Assembly (NCBI GenBank): GCA_964016885.1
Contig: OZ024747.1
Coordinates: 23,126,001 to 23,190,000, forward strand
DNA: 64,000 bases
Source of the DNA: Eledone cirrhosa
Lineage: Eukaryota
Reading direction: 5' to 3'
Below the pieces are notes generated by a model. It worked only from the letters and a program-made list of their open reading frames with translations, ran no database searches and was not told where the DNA came from. The translations under genes were made by a program, and so were the position numbers. Below are positions 1 through 14,603 of the stretch, one piece after another (within the stretch, counting starts at the first letter, position 1; every line of letters begins with the position of its first letter).

Positions 1-1106
1 CTTTTTACTAATATATCACAACTCGTGTGTTCACACCTCTATTTTTTAAATATATATGTGTGTGTGTGTGTGTGCGTGCGTGTGTGTGCGTGTGTGTGTG
101 CGTGCGTGCGTGCGTGCGCGCGCGCATTTAAGGTGGTTGATTGGCAGAATCATTATTGACAAACAAATGTTTAGCATTATTCATTTCAGCTCTGAAACTC
201 TATTTCAAAAGAATACTTGTTATACAATTGTATATTTGGATTTGCTTCATTATAGAATATTAATTATATTTACAATAAGCATTTTATTTATTCTATTTAA
301 CAGCATTATTTATTTTATTTGAGATTATTATATTGTTAACATAGTGTTAATAACCAAAGTCATGCTATTGAGATTTTTTGTTCTTTCTTTACACTCCACA
401 CATATTTCTTATTTATATGACATTTCTTTATATCAACATTTCTTTATAACTCATTCTGGGCATATTTTTTCTTCAGCTTTCTTTTTTATTAGATTTCTAA
501 TGCCAATTCTCATAGCTACTATACACACACTCGACATATATTGCTTTCACTTTTATGGACCTTGTGTATTTTAATCCCTATTTTCATATGCTTAACATGG
601 AGTGATCACTGAGTCTAAGTTCTCTTTATATACTAAACAAACTAAAAATAAGTAGCCAAAGGGGAAAAGATTGAAATATTGACTCAGCCAGCCCTTTCTT
701 TTGTGAAACTAAGTGGGTTAAATAAGGACAATATATTGCATAGTAATCTTCTGAATTATTAAATAGGGGTAGTATGTTGCATGATAATCTGCTAAATCAT
801 GAAGAACAAAACAAAATGCCAAGTTTTAAGATTAAAATAATCTGGTTTGCAATTTTTATAAGAAATCTTTATATATCTTTAAGCAACATTTTCTCATATT
901 TAATTTAAATGTTTGGAATACTTTTCATCTCAGTTTTTCATTGCTACTTGACTAAGAAATAATATTAAAATTGCAATATTAAAATCAGATATATTTTGTG
1001 TCATAAGAGATTGAATTTTATTTGGCAAGTTTTTAGATCAAAAACAAAGAATTAATGAGTCTCTTAGAACTCAACAAACTTCTCATATTTATATTATAAC
1101 TATCAG

Positions 1107-1203
1107 TGTGTGTTGTCTACCAGGAATGTGTGTTCGTGTACTGTGGTTGTCTACCAAGAACATCTGTGTGTGTGTGTGTGTATGTTGTAGTTGTCTACCA
1201 GGA

Positions 1204-1252
<49 letters not shown>

Positions 1253-1339
1253 GGTTGTCTACCAGGAATGTGTGTGTGTGTGTTGTGGTTGTCTACCAGG
1301 AATGTGTGTGTGTGTGTATGCTGTAGTGTCTACCATGAA

Positions 1340-1371
<32 letters not shown>

Positions 1372-1440
1372 GGTTGTCTACCAGGAATGTGTGTGTATGT
1401 GTGCTGTGGTTGTTTACCAAGAACGTTTGTGTGTGTGTTT
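1107..1440. repeat. Compound repeat: 8 cores GTGGTTGTCTACCAGGAAT separated by variable (GT)n
   Basis: Cores near 1111, 1143, 1187, 1251, 1285, 1323, 1370 and 1406. Confidence 0.9.
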
Positions 1441-1915
1441 CAGAGACTTACCGGAGTATGAAAATATAGTAGCTAATTGCAAAAATTGGTTTACATTTTA
1501 AATGGAACTTAAGTAGGAAAACCATAAAACATTCTCCAAACTAGCAACTAAATTTGTATTAGGATATCTACTTATAGTTTCAGAGCCAACAAGCTGGAAA
1601 CATAGGTCTGAGTGCCTGAGTAATGGATTATTCTAATTCATAGCTTGTACCTGATCAATTAGTTTTCAAAATCTCTTTTAGAAGCTTGGCTGTTGAACAG
1701 ATCTTCCACTGTAATCATTTCTTTCTGGGCCTCCAGAATCTGGCACTTAACATTGGTTACACAATTTAACATATGAATTCTAGTGTGTCCAGTTTACCAG
1801 TTAAGATAAATATTTTTTTATTCTGCTTTTACAAACTTTGGTCTGTACTAATGAGGAAAACACATCTTTAGATATATTTGTTTTACAGTTGGGTGTGTGT
1901 GCACGTACACACACA

Positions 1916-1952
<37 letters not shown>

Positions 1953-3940
1953 ATATATATATATTTGTATGTATATGTATGTATGTTTTCGTTATGCCAA
2001 TAACTTCACTGTAAACATGGTGTCTGTTGTAGTTATCAAGGAGTTAGTAAGTGTTTCTGATTATTTATTTATCACATATATTTTGTTGAATTCATGCTTG
2101 AAAAAGGTAGTTTGAAAACTACACTTCAGATGCTAGCCTCTTGCAAAGCCAAGTCTATAAAATTGTTTTGATTCCCATCTGTAGCCAGGTCAAACGAAAC
2201 TGAGAGCTGGTAGATGGTTCAGTTAAGATTGGCCTATAATTGTAAGGGGTTGGGATGTGGGGGCTGCTCATTTCAAATTCAAGACTTTTTAATTCTGCTT
2301 TGTTTCTTGTAAGTCCATTATATACAGAAGATGGAAATTGGTAGAGTTGAATAGAATGCTTCACAGTTTTTATTCTGGCTGCCTGCAGTGAGTTCAAATC
2401 CTGCTGAGGTCAATTTAGCTTTTCATCTTATTGAGGATAATAAACCAAGTACCAGTTAAGTACTGGAGTGGGCATTCTTCCTATATATCTCTTTCTCATT
2501 TCCTCTCTCTTGCTATGTATCTTTTTCTAGAAGGAATTGGCCGTGTTCAAATCTGGAGAGGAATGAGCTCCACCAGGTTTAAAATACTCAAGACATGGAG
2601 ATCACATGAGTCAATCAGGAATTAAGGGTACAAATCAAGTCCCATCAAGTACACTTCTCTCCTGTATCAAGAAGTTCAATTTCAAAGCACAAGGTTCCTA
2701 CAATTATCTCTGAAAGTAGTCATTTCTCCAAAGTTACTCATACATTTAATCGTGTATGTCATTTGTACATACATGTTGAATATGCTAGAAATAAATTAAA
2801 ATTTCTATGTGTCAGTAATCAACATTAACTATAGGGTTTCTCTTAAGCAAACTATTAAATTATCTAAATATAAATTTCTCACTTTGCATCATTATTCATA
2901 TATCCAGTACGGCTGGTATATAGGACAGACCAATCCTGGGCTTCAAATTAAATGCATTTACTGTCATTATTGATAGCATGGGTGCAGCAGTATTAAAATA
3001 TACATAGATTATTGACAATTCATATCGGAGAGTAAGATAAGTAAAATTATTATATTTTTAGAGTTGGTGTGTACATTTCTCTAGATTTATAGCAGTTTAA
3101 CTTTTTAGTATTTGCATTACTCTATATTTACTATTATATTTTCACAGTAAAGGTTTTATCTCATAATTATCATTGTCAACTGTTTCATCCTTTTTAAGAC
3201 AGTATATGGGATTTCAGGGATATTTGGCTGTTATGTCTAGCAAATACAATGTCCACATAGAGGCTTCCTTAATAGTCTTTAATGGTAAAATGGCATAAAA
3301 ATTATACAAATGAAAAATAAATATTTGTTTTGTTCCACCCTATAGCTTTCTCAGACAAGTGTGTTTCTCATAAAGTTGGATAATTTATAAATCAGTTTCA
3401 TCACTCTTCCTCAAAGACAATTAAAATACAAGACATTCTTGGTTATAACTCAATCCTTGAAATGTAAACCTAAATATCTGTGGTGTCCAAACTTATTTTG
3501 TTATGGAACCATTGCATAGTTTTTTTTTGAAAATTGCAGAACCTATACCTTATTTTATATATAATCTCCATCATTCAAATACCACATTAACCCATTACTA
3601 TTTTATTTTTGTGGTAAAGGCTTTACCCTACATAATTATCACACATAATATTGTCACCATTTTGCCTGCTTTCCATGCTGGTATGTGTTGGACTAAATAT
3701 CCAAAAATATAGACTGGTTACAGTTGGAGCATATTTGATCCCAGATCTTCTTAATCTTGACTGACTTGTGTTAAACAAGTGAAAGTCTGTTCCAGTCTTG
3801 GAGGCTCATTAGGCTGATGCTTATCTTGGTTTCATTGGCATTAAGTGACCAAGTGTACAAGATTCTTCACTAAACAGGATGCCAGCCCATCACAAAATTA
3901 ACCCAGAGCTGCTGGTACTCATGTAAACCAGATACATATA

Positions 3941-4283
3941 TCATCATCATCATCATTTCATTTTACGTCCACTTTTTCCCTGCTTGCAAGGGTGAGACGG
4001 GAACTGATTCTGGCTTGATTTCTACAGCTGGATGCCCTTCCTAACACCAACCTCATTTACAGTGAGTGCTGGGTGCTTTTTTTTGCCGTTGCACCTCCAC
4101 GACCTCTTTGCAGTGGAATGATAGGTACCCCAGTCCCTATCATCTCATTTCTACAGCTGAAAAACTGGAGCAATGTGAAATAAAGTGTCTTGCTCAAGGA
4201 AACAACACATCACCCGGTCTGAGAATTGAACTCACAACCTTTCTATTGCAAGGCCAATGCTCTAACCACTAAGCCATGTGCTT
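3941..4283 (-). mobile_element. SINE family A, full-length copy
   Basis: Reverse complement aligns end to end with 50488-50832. Confidence 0.9.
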
Positions 4284-5024
4284 ATATGTACAATAATTAA
4301 AAATTGATATTTTTACAGCTTGCTTATATACAAAATTGAATAAAATATGCATGGCTAGAATGAAAATCAGTGCTTCGAAAACTGAGACACTCATCCTCTC
4401 AAGGACACTCATGAGAAGCAACTAAAAAGGTTGGTGTCAGGAAGGACATCTGGCCTCAAAAAGTCCCATCTAACCTATGCTAGCATGGAAAAGCTGATGT
4501 AAAAATGATGATGATGATGTTGTTGTAAAAAAAAGACATCTAAAAAGGAAAGTGTAAAAGTACATTTGAAACAATAATTATGTCAATATATAAAACTTTA
4601 TTACTATTCTCGTATAAAATTTTATTGTGTAATAAGTCAATGTTTTGACAACCGTACATACTAAATCTTAAATTACTGAAAAAGCTTTCATAGTTTTTTG
4701 ATGTAAAAATTAAATTTCAAGCAAAATCTCCCCCCTGTCCCTTTTCTGAGCAATTTATTAAAATTATTTATTTTGTTACTAAGATAATAACATAGCATAT
4801 GGTTCTTATATAAAATTATGTTGGAAGATTTTAATTGAAATTGGAACCCTTGTATCATAAAACCAGAGTCAGTTTTAGCAGAGTTGGTATTGAAAGGGTT
4901 AATAAAGAATTTTGATAGGTTTACTAAAATTATTTATTTCATTACTTTCATAAGAAAGTAACTTAACATATGGTTCTTATATAAAATTATGTTGGAAGAT
5001 TGAAATTATATAGGAACCTTTTAA

Positions 5025-5243
5025 CCCTTGAGCATTTAAACTGGCCATATCCAGCCAGAATTCTCTCACCTCTTTCTGTTCAAACTGGCTGTAACTGGCC
5101 GCTCATACTGATGTTAAGGTATTGTTCTCAAAATAAATAACATCAAAATCTCATAGATGATATTATCTGAGATAATTATGTAAGATAAAGCCTTTACCAT
5201 GAAAATACAATAGTATATATAGAGTAATGTAAATGATAAAGGG
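5025..5243. mobile_element. piggyBac-type MITE family A
   Basis: TTAA|CCCTTGAGCATTTA ... TAAATGATAAAGGG|TTAA; other copies at 26236-26417, 33273-33492 and 62163-62390. Confidence 0.85.
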
Positions 5244-6019
5244 TTAAAATGGCTAGTTTTGTTTCATAAAACAAGAGCTGGTTTTGGCTGAGTTGGTATC
5301 AAAAGGCTTAAAGGTTACTTTTACTCTCGTCTGTGTACAGTTGAAATATTTCCAGGTCAGTTAGTACTACCTATGTCACTATGTATGAATGGTTTTCAAG
5401 AATGTAAACCTCAATCAGTCAACAGTATACCTTTGCATGTAGAAAGTTATTAAAAATAGCACAGATCTTGCATATGTCTCAGATTCCCATTTTTGGCTGC
5501 AGGGGAATGTGGTCTGGTGGCAGAATCACTTGAAACTAGTGTTTGCTCTTAGCTAGTTGCACAAATCTGCTTGAGCTTCTTCCTTATGAAAGACCACCTA
5601 TAGTGTGTTTGTCAGATACTGGCTTTTCTTTCATGGTGTACTTCCTTAACCTTTGTCTTTCTAGATTTACCTGCAAGGCAACAAACAGTCAAATATGTAA
5701 AAACACATTCTTTTAAGACTTATCTAGAATAAATCCCAGTACTACTGACATTGCTGTAATGGACCACTGTAGGTTGGTGAGGAGGAATTAGAGGAATGTG
5801 TCATAAGAAAGTATGGCAGTGGGGAGGGGATGGGATACAGAGCTGGGTGAGGCCTAGTGAAATGAGGGTTGGGGGTGGAAAAGAGGAAAATTGTATTACT
5901 GAGTAATATTTTCACATACATTGTTTGTGTTATGTTAGACAATGTAAATTTTGTACAGTCACCAGCAGACCATTATCAAATATACAGAAGAACCATAAGG
6001 TATGTGTTGTTGTTCTTGT

Positions 6020-6248
6020 TTAACTCTTAACATCCTGTACCACATAAAACTGCATTAGCAAGACATTCTTTGAAAAGTACAAAACAACAAAATAAAACTG
6101 CATCATGTTAAACATTAACATTTTTACTCTAATTTACTGCAAATTTTAACAAAGTTGTGTTTACTAGGAAAGGTATCATAAACATTTGAATTAACAAACT
6201 CATTGTTAATGTTTTTTACTGAATGATTATAGGATGTTAAGAGATAAT
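6020..6248. mobile_element. TTAA-flanked MITE family C (copies also at about 39907-40260, 41081-41240 and 41864-42092)
   Basis: Inverted ends TTAACTCTTAACATCCT and AGGATGTTAAGAGATAA; shared body GCAAGACATTCTTGAAAAGTAC. Confidence 0.7.
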
Positions 6249-6271
6249 ACAAGGTCAGGCATGTTCTAGAA

Positions 6272-6583
6272 CAGAGGTGTGCAACATATTCCATTGGTTG
6301 CCACTTTTGAACATTGGAACAACTATTAGGGCCATTAATATTTATTAAACACTATTCCAAAGATTCACCACCAACTTCTTTCCATAACATGGAACTGGGA
6401 AATTATAACACACATAACCCTATCAGTGAAGCCCTTTAGTATAGGTCAACTAACAGAAAATTGTATTACGATTACGAAAAAAATTCTAAATAAGCCTACA
6501 AAGTAAAAATAGTCATCGAGGGTCACTCTGACTGGTCCGGCAGGCCGGATTGTGGCCCACGGGCCGCCTGTTGCACGCCCCTG
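6272..6583. mobile_element. hAT (Charlie/Buster-type) MITE, 312 bp
   Basis: TIRs CAGAGGTGTGCAAC and GTTGCACGCCCCTG; perfect 8-bp TSD TTCTAGAA at 6264-6271 and 6584-6591; subterminal GGCCC/GGGCC motifs. Confidence 0.9.
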
Positions 6584-7026
6584 TTCTAGAAGAACCCTTG
6601 ATCATAAGCTTTTTACAAAGGTCTTGTTCTTCTCTTGGACAGCATATCTTGAATTACATGGTTTAGTATATCACTTGTTTTCCAAGAGTGTGTAATTTGA
6701 GAGTGATTTGGCTATTATTTTTAACAGAGGAAGCAACTATGTAGAAACTCACTTATTGGCTTGTGTGTGTGTGTGTGTGTGTGTGTTAGTATTTTTATGT
6801 AGGAAATTTTTTACAGTATGTGCAGTTTCTTTGTATATGATTGATAGCATAATCAACAAATAAAACACCACCTTTATTGCCTAAATTGGTCAGTATTATA
6901 TAATGAATGGGGCTCCTATCATTAAAACACCTGAGAAACTTCCTATGTGATACAATCTCACAGGTGGTCTCTAAATCTGTATAGGAATGAATAAGCTGTA
7001 ACAACAAAATGGTATTTATATAAATG

Positions 7027-7076
<50 letters not shown>

Positions 7077-7575
7077 ATAATAATAATAAATGTGAAGACT
7101 AAAATCCAAAGAGGGCTGATAAGGATAAATATCAAATATATAAGAACCATAGAGCAGAAAATCCCATTAAGGGTGAAAGCAGCGATTCTTTGCTTAAACT
7201 TTAATCTGTTATTTTAATATATACACACACACAGACACAGACAGACAGACAGGCAGAGGATGTGCTGGAAAGGTCTTGTCGAACCCATGCAAGTATGAAA
7301 AAAAAAAAAGGCGGATTTAAAAAGCTTGATGATAAATATATATATATAATATATAAATACATACACATATATATATATATATATATATATATGTAAAAGG
7401 TAAACTGAAATAACAACACAATTGGTTCAGTATATGGAAGGAATATATTAGGTAATGCTTGAAATAGCAGGAAGAGAGTCTTAACGTTTTTGATGGTAGT
7501 CCTTTATCAGAAGAAAGAATGAGAAATTAGAGAGATAGAGGGCAGGATGGAATCAGAAAAAATATTTTTAGAGAA

Positions 7576-7618
<43 letters not shown>

Positions 7619-7626
7619 TGTATGTG

Positions 7627-7660
<34 letters not shown>

Positions 7661-8254
7661 TATTTAAAAGTTAAACAAGGTTCAATGAATACATCAAATA
7701 CATAATTATATATATATATATATATATATAAATAACACATACTACAGAATGTAATTAAGTGTCTTTTTCAATTATATCAATGGTTTCTATATGGTGAAAT
7801 GTTCGATAATCTAAAACCCAAAACTAAGTTTATACATCACTTTGAATTATACTTGGTTTATTTGGTTTATTTTACAAGTGACTGTTGCCACTGCCAACAT
7901 ATTTCATCACTATCTACTACCGTATCTCATGGCATAAAACCTTATTTTTTTAAGGGAAAGTGGTATATTTATGAGACATTCTATTCAACTGTGCATTTTC
8001 TAGTTTATTTATATAAGATATTGCTTTTATAAGAATTAAATAAATGGGGACAGTTAGAAATTAAGTGTACTCTATCTGTATTTTTTTTATTTTTTTATTT
8101 AACCCTTTTGATATCAAACTGTCTGAAGCTGCCTTGGATTTATGATACAAAACTATTCAGTTTAAAATGTTTATCCTTATATTAAGATCTGTCATAATTT
8201 TATTTTTTAGAACATTACTTAAAAATGAAATTCTGACAGAAGATTTTGATATAA

Positions 8255-8460
8255 GGATTTTGCAGCCCAGACTTTGGAAATTCTAATGTCAATATCCTTT
8301 TTTGATGAATTCATCCAGCTGCCCAAATATATAACATCATCAACTCAATTTAGTATTCTGCCATCCAGTGTGACAAGATTTCCATCTTGGTTTAGTGACA
8401 TGTAATCTGTCTTGGTAACATTTATGTGTAGATCAATTTTCCTGGTAAAAAATTCAACTC
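8255..8460 (-). mobile_element. Old RTE-like RT fragment
   Basis: Minus-strand translation IYLGSWMNSSKKDIDIRISKVWAA resembles the YLG...DI..RI region of non-LTR reverse transcriptases. Confidence 0.55.
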
Positions 8461-9992
8461 TATTTTCCAATTTTATTTGAGGAATTATTTTTGTGAAATT
8501 CAAATTGAGAAGAGATTTACATTAGAATAGAGAGGAGAGATGGCTTAACATGTTATAAAACAAAGAAATGATTGTATACATCATTATCATCATCGTCAGT
8601 CTCAATGCCCTTCCTTGAAGATGATTAGAATGGGACCCTTACTTGAAAACAAGTAAGGGTCCCATACTAATGATCTTTATATCTCAAACCACTTTGCTTT
8701 TTTTTATGAATTTTAAATGGCTATATAATTATGAAGGAAATGAATTAACTGAGTCATAGGGAATTGGATTAAAAAATACTCGATATTAGTTTTTGCATAC
8801 TAAATTCAAATCTCCCTGAGGTCAACTTTGCTTCTCATCTGTTTGAGGTCAATAAACAAAGTGACAGTCCACTACTTTCTCTTTCTCTGGAAGAAATCTA
8901 CACTATTCAGATCTGAAGAGGGATGGGTTCTGTGAGGTGTAAAAATGTCCAAGACATGCCATATGTGTCAGGACTGTGCTCCTATTACTCAATCAGAAGT
9001 TAAGGGGCTTTTACCTTATAAATGATATTACAATGGAATAGATGATGGATGACCAGAATAGATGCTTTATAATACTTTGTTTAGATTCTTATACTTGGTC
9101 TTTCACTCTACTGTTATATTCCAGCTGATGTTAAATTAATCATTATCATCATTTTCTTAATGTCTGTTTTCCCTAGTAACAAGGGTTGGATGTGCCATCA
9201 CAGACTGGTCAATACTCGATCGGAGCCACTGATCTATGGCTGGATGCTTTTCCTATCACCAACCACTTTACAAAGTGTACTGGGTGCATTTATTTTGTAA
9301 ATCACCAACACTATGGAGGTTGTCTTGTCTTTGACAAACTGAAGAGTCTTGTTTTGCAAGATTTCTATGGTTATATGCCCTTCCTATCACCAATCACTTT
9401 AACTGCTGTAATATTCCTTGGGCATGACTTAGTGGTTAAGACAGAAGGATATATTTAATATTGTACTTACATTTACAAATGATATTTGAACTAAGAAATC
9501 AATATGTGCTTCTATAACTGCATTTTGGAACCTTTAATATCTATCAGTCTTTTACCATTTTCAAGCTTAATACTGTTAAACTCCAGTAATGAAAAAGGAT
9601 TAAATCTCAGTTTAAACAAAGTTGATGTATGAGATAAATGAGTGATTAAATTACACAACTACAGACCACTGTTTAATAAATGTAATCACTACTTACCCCA
9701 TGCCTTGGGCACTGCTGGTCATTCTGTTCATAGGAAAAATATATTACTTTGGTTAATACAGCTTGAAAGTATGTAGTTGATATATGATGGATCTAATAGA
9801 ATAAAACATACTTTAAAATTATAAATAGATACTTTCTATGTATGAACCTGTAACTCCTGGTGGAGCCATAGGGGTGTTATAGTAGGCATTTTAAACCTTT
9901 TGGAGCTCATCTCTCACCAGTTTTGAATATAGCTGATTTCTTCAAGAGAAGGAAAAGAGAGTGATAGAAAGGGAATGAGATATAGAGGAAGA

Positions 9993-10150
9993 ATCGACCC
10001 CAGTACTTGACTGGTACATTTTTATTGACCTCGAAAGGATGAAAGACAAAGTTGATCTTGGCAGGATTTGAATTCAGAGCAGCGTGAGCCAGAACGAACA
10101 TTGCAAAGCATTCTATCTGACATTCTAACAGCTCTGCCAATTCGCTGCCT
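9993..10150 (-). mobile_element. Older SINE family D copy (further degraded copies near 2335-2470, 8760-8870, 16525-16710 and 29910-29995)
   Basis: CCCCAGTACTTGACTGGTAC...GGATGAAAGACAAAGTTGATC...GGATTTGAA. Confidence 0.7.
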
Positions 10151-11024
10151 AAATAGTTTCCATAGGTACAGAATAAGAATTTGCTTTGCAACAAGTAATC
10201 TAAACCAAAGTCGAGTATTGACTTTTAATGTTTTCTATTCATGATAACTTTCTTTCAGTATCAGCAACTAATTTTATCATTTTCTTATTTTGAAAAGCTT
10301 TTCATACCAACATGCTCTGGTTGTATGAAACAAAACCACCCATTTTCAAAGGTTCCTATTTAAATTAAAATCTTCCAACATAATTTTAGATAAGAACCAT
10401 TTGTTACAAATACTAACTTAACAGTGAAATAATTAATAATTTTAGTAAATCCTTCCAAAATCTCAATTAATTACCAAAAATACTCAATTATAAGCTGACT
10501 CCCCCCCCCCCCATCCATCTGAGAAATGGGCAAAAATCCAAACCCCATTTATAAACGGAGGCAGCTAATCAACACATTGTTTTGATGACACATTAATCAA
10601 CACATTTTTGAAATTTTCATGAGTATAAAATATATTTATGAAGTTTTAATATTTTGATGTTTAAAATATTTTAAAATATTTTAGAGTATAGTTTTTGTTT
10701 CACAACTCCATTACGTAATGAGATTTTACAATTTCATTTTTTTTATGGTTTCTACAAGTTTCTCAAATTTTTGTTTACTCCCAGCCACTCACATGCTAGG
10801 AGTAGTTGAAAGCAAGAGGTCAAATAAGAGAACTTTATATAGGGATTCATAGAGTTGAAGAGGGAGAGAGAGATACAGCAAGTACGAGAGAAGGGAGAGA
10901 GAGTGAGAATGTTAAAACACAAGTCCCCGTATGTAAGATTGAAAAAAAAAGTATTATTAGTAAGTCAGAGAAATACAGTCGGCACGTATGTATATGTGTG
11001 TGTGTGTACCTATACGTATGTGTG

Positions 11025-11265
11025 TCTAGTGTCTAGTCTAAAGTCTGTCTTAAGCCAGACGGCTCATCAGGCCGGTACTTATCCTGGTTTCATGTTGCGA
11101 AGCAACTGAGAGTACAAGACTTCCCCCTGGACAGGACGCCAGTCCATCGCAGGGTTAAACCTCAAGCTATTGCTGGTATTCATTTTCAGCTGAGTATACT
11201 GGAGCAACGTGAAATGAAGTGTTTTGCTCACGAACACAACACACAACCCAGAAATTGAACCCACG
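11025..11265 (-). mobile_element. SINE family B copy lacking the A-box half of its head
   Basis: Reverse complement matches 22379-22629. Confidence 0.85.
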
Positions 11266-13647
11266 TTGCACTGGATGTTGTCCCATTTGTTTTTTGGGGG
11301 AGAACTGGACGCCTACGGAGGGGAGATGGGGATGGACGTCCTCAGGGCTGAGGCTGAGCTGGTTCCATGCCACGTAGGCCTCCTTGCGTTCTTCAGTCAC
11401 AGTATTTTATTAAATTCCTCCAAATATTTGGTTATTTTCAAAATGAATTGAAACACAGTATATTCCATTAGGAATTTGGAAATGAAAGGGTTAAGGATAG
11501 AATATCAGTAAAAAAGATCATTATCTGTACTTATTTAGCTGCATCAACTACCATAAATAAACTGTGACATATGTAAACAATATGAGATCTAGTTGCCTCA
11601 GCTGATCAAGTGGTAGTGGTCATGTAAACTAATGACCACCATATGCAATTTATCATCCCAAACCATCAAAGTTGCTGGATTAGCAAATCCTAGAGAGGTT
11701 TGACCTGTATTTAACCCTTTCATTACCATATTTCTAATAAAATAAACTGTATTTGAATTAATTGAAGTAGAATTTGGAAATACTTACTAAAATCATTATT
11801 TTATTATTAAGATGTATTTGAAACATAAAATGTTCTTATATAAAATTGTTGGAAGATGTTTTATTTGAATAGAAACCCTTTGAAATGGTTGGTTTTATTT
11901 TATAGAATCAGTAGTTTGGGGAAGGTTGTTACCATATTTCGGATGAAAGACACTGCCTATGATTTTCGAATAATTTTGAAAATAATCAAGAATTTGTAAA
12001 GATTTAGTAATCTAACTAACTTCCCATTAAGTTGGTGTTTGGAACATAACTTAACAAATGTTTTTACATAAAGTTATGATGAAAAGTTTTTAAATAAATA
12101 TAAACACTTTAAAATAAACAGGTTTTGTATCGGAGAACCACGGGCAGTTTCAGACAGTTTGACATTAAAAGGTTTAATAAAATTTACTTAGGAATTCAGT
12201 GAAATTATTTTAGAAGTGTTAGTCACTATACAAGTTCAGCATTTGATATAGGGTATGAAGTGTGATATATAACAAATTTTTACTTAAATTTGTTGTTAAA
12301 TAAATGTGTTTTCTTTTCTTTCTTCGTTTCACAGAGGTGCTCATCTACATTATTTGTAACTATTATATATTATCTCTGTTATTTACAAATATATACTCAG
12401 GCCATTGGTTTTAACTTTATTCCAGTGGATCTCTGATGAAAGACATTCCAGCTGTCACCTTGTCATTTTGTCAGACATATTGCATCGAAGACAACAGTAC
12501 TCAATGTGCTTTTCCGTTTTTTAAAACAGTAACATCTGATTTTGAGTGGTATTTAGCTGCTATTTCTAGCAAGTCAATGTAGAGGCTTCCTTGTTGACTT
12601 GTAGTGTACTATTTAAAACATACTGCATTTATTTAATGAAACGGTGTTCAAACTTACCTTATAATACTTAGCTGTTGTGTTTCTCTACCTTACAGTATAC
12701 TACTGTGGAATGTAGATAATATACAAGAAGTATAAACTTATATAAAAATTCACATTTAATTTCCAACCACACTTGCTACCCAGTGTTAGCTGGTAAATAA
12801 ATGGCTTCCTTACTAGTATGACATGAGCTCACTATAAAATTATTCTCATTTTGAACTAATACACTTAGAATTACAAATAGTGTAGAAAACTGAATCAATG
12901 GGTTATTAGTGATATCTATCCCCTTCACATTTCTTCTATTGAATCACTTTAATTTTAACAGATAAACAGTTTTGATGACTTTTTTTCCCTCCAACTCATT
13001 TGCACTCAACATTACTGATAAGCTTATATTGCACACCCAATCACTTTCTATTCAGTTCCTGTAGATCATCTGCATTCACTGCCATACTGCATCAGCTACC
13101 TCTTTTGTTTATACAACACACACATATACACATATTATCTGCATTTTATATAGATCCCATGTTACCAAGAGAAATAGCAATCTAGCAGTTTTCTATATTT
13201 CTTCAGCTACCTCCAAGGCTATCATGCTATCAATTGCTCTCCTTCTATTAGTATGTTTTGTTTTAATTGTTTGAATGCTTCAATCTAAAATACTTGTTCT
13301 AAATGCCTTTTCATAAATGCTATTATGAAGTTTAAGTGTACTTAAAAAAGGTCAACCATTGACAATTATTCTTATTTAGTTTATAAATAAGACCAAATAT
13401 TTTATATCTATGTTTAGTTGTTGTAAGATTTAGCTATATAAAAAAAAATAATCAAAAGAAAAAATTCTCTATTAAATACCCCCCCCCCCCCCCACATACA
13501 CACATTTAAATCTCTATTTTATTTATAGAGTGTAACTATTAGAGATTTACAGAGTAGAAGAGCTTATTACATTGAAATTCTATTTATTTGTTTAAATATT
13601 TTAACAATTGTTCTATGAAGTCAATTTATTTTTCTTAGTATTTGTTT

Positions 13648-13686
<39 letters not shown>

Positions 13687-13707
13687 CTACACACACACAC
13701 ACACATG

Positions 13708-13769
<62 letters not shown>

Positions 13770-14603
13770 CATTACATTTATAATCTGCTAAATATATAAC
13801 ATCTTACTGACAATTCAGTCTTCTTTCTTCTCCTCATCACCATCACTACCACCATCACTACCACCATCACTACCACCATGATCTTCATCTCTAGAGTAAA
13901 TTATTATAGAAATGTAGGCTTTCTCTCTGTTCCCAACCATAGCACCTGCTCTTATATGAAAATGAAATTTGTTGCTGCAATTTTTGGTGTTGCCTGAAGG
14001 CTTATGTCAGTCTTTCTTATTTTCTGATTTTTATATTATATGGATTCAAGGGTCTTATTGGTCTCAGTATGATTTCATCCATTGTTAGCCGTAGGCTGCA
14101 TGTTAATGTGGTGGGGTTAGGATTATTTTCATAAATTCTCTTAGCAACAAGATCTTTTTTATTGAAGAAAGAGAATCTAGTTGCCAGAAAGAACTTTGGA
14201 ATTCTTTGTTGGGTTAGTAGAGCTGTTACCATTTGCTGTTAGATAAGCATTTCAATAGGACAACAGGGAAAGCAATATCATTCAGGTTGCATTTATCAAC
14301 AGTTTCATTGTCTAAATCTTCATTGTCATCATCATCTTCATCACCACTACCACCTCTTATCACCACTACCACCACCACCACCATTTTTTAGTTGTTTTTT
14401 TTTTCAAGGCTTGGCATTTTACAACATTGTCTAACCAATACATTTGAAATTAATTATCTCAGCACTAGTTACCATCAATAACCAATTCATTATGTTTTCA
14501 GTCAGATTTTAACATTATAAAAAAACAAAAATTATGAATGTCTATCCAGTTCTATACTGTCACTTGATTCATGCTTATACTATTCAGCATTCATTATAGA
14601 TGC

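Noticed and set aside
1107-1440. CRISPR-like repeat-spacer appearance (also the 51-bp and 112-bp arrays)
   Set aside because: Spacers are (GT)n or identical, there are no cas genes and the context is eukaryotic.
11050-11095. GAAAC...GTA...CTGATGA-GCC-GTCT-GGC on the minus strand of SINE B, hammerhead-like words
   Set aside because: No stem I hairpin can form, the hairpin after CTGATGA is followed by TTAA rather than GAAA, and the core is not kept in the other SINE B copies.
12308-12345. Strong polypyrimidine-CAG acceptor, candidate 5' UTR exon of Sulf
   Set aside because: No clear donor site and no transcript evidence available.
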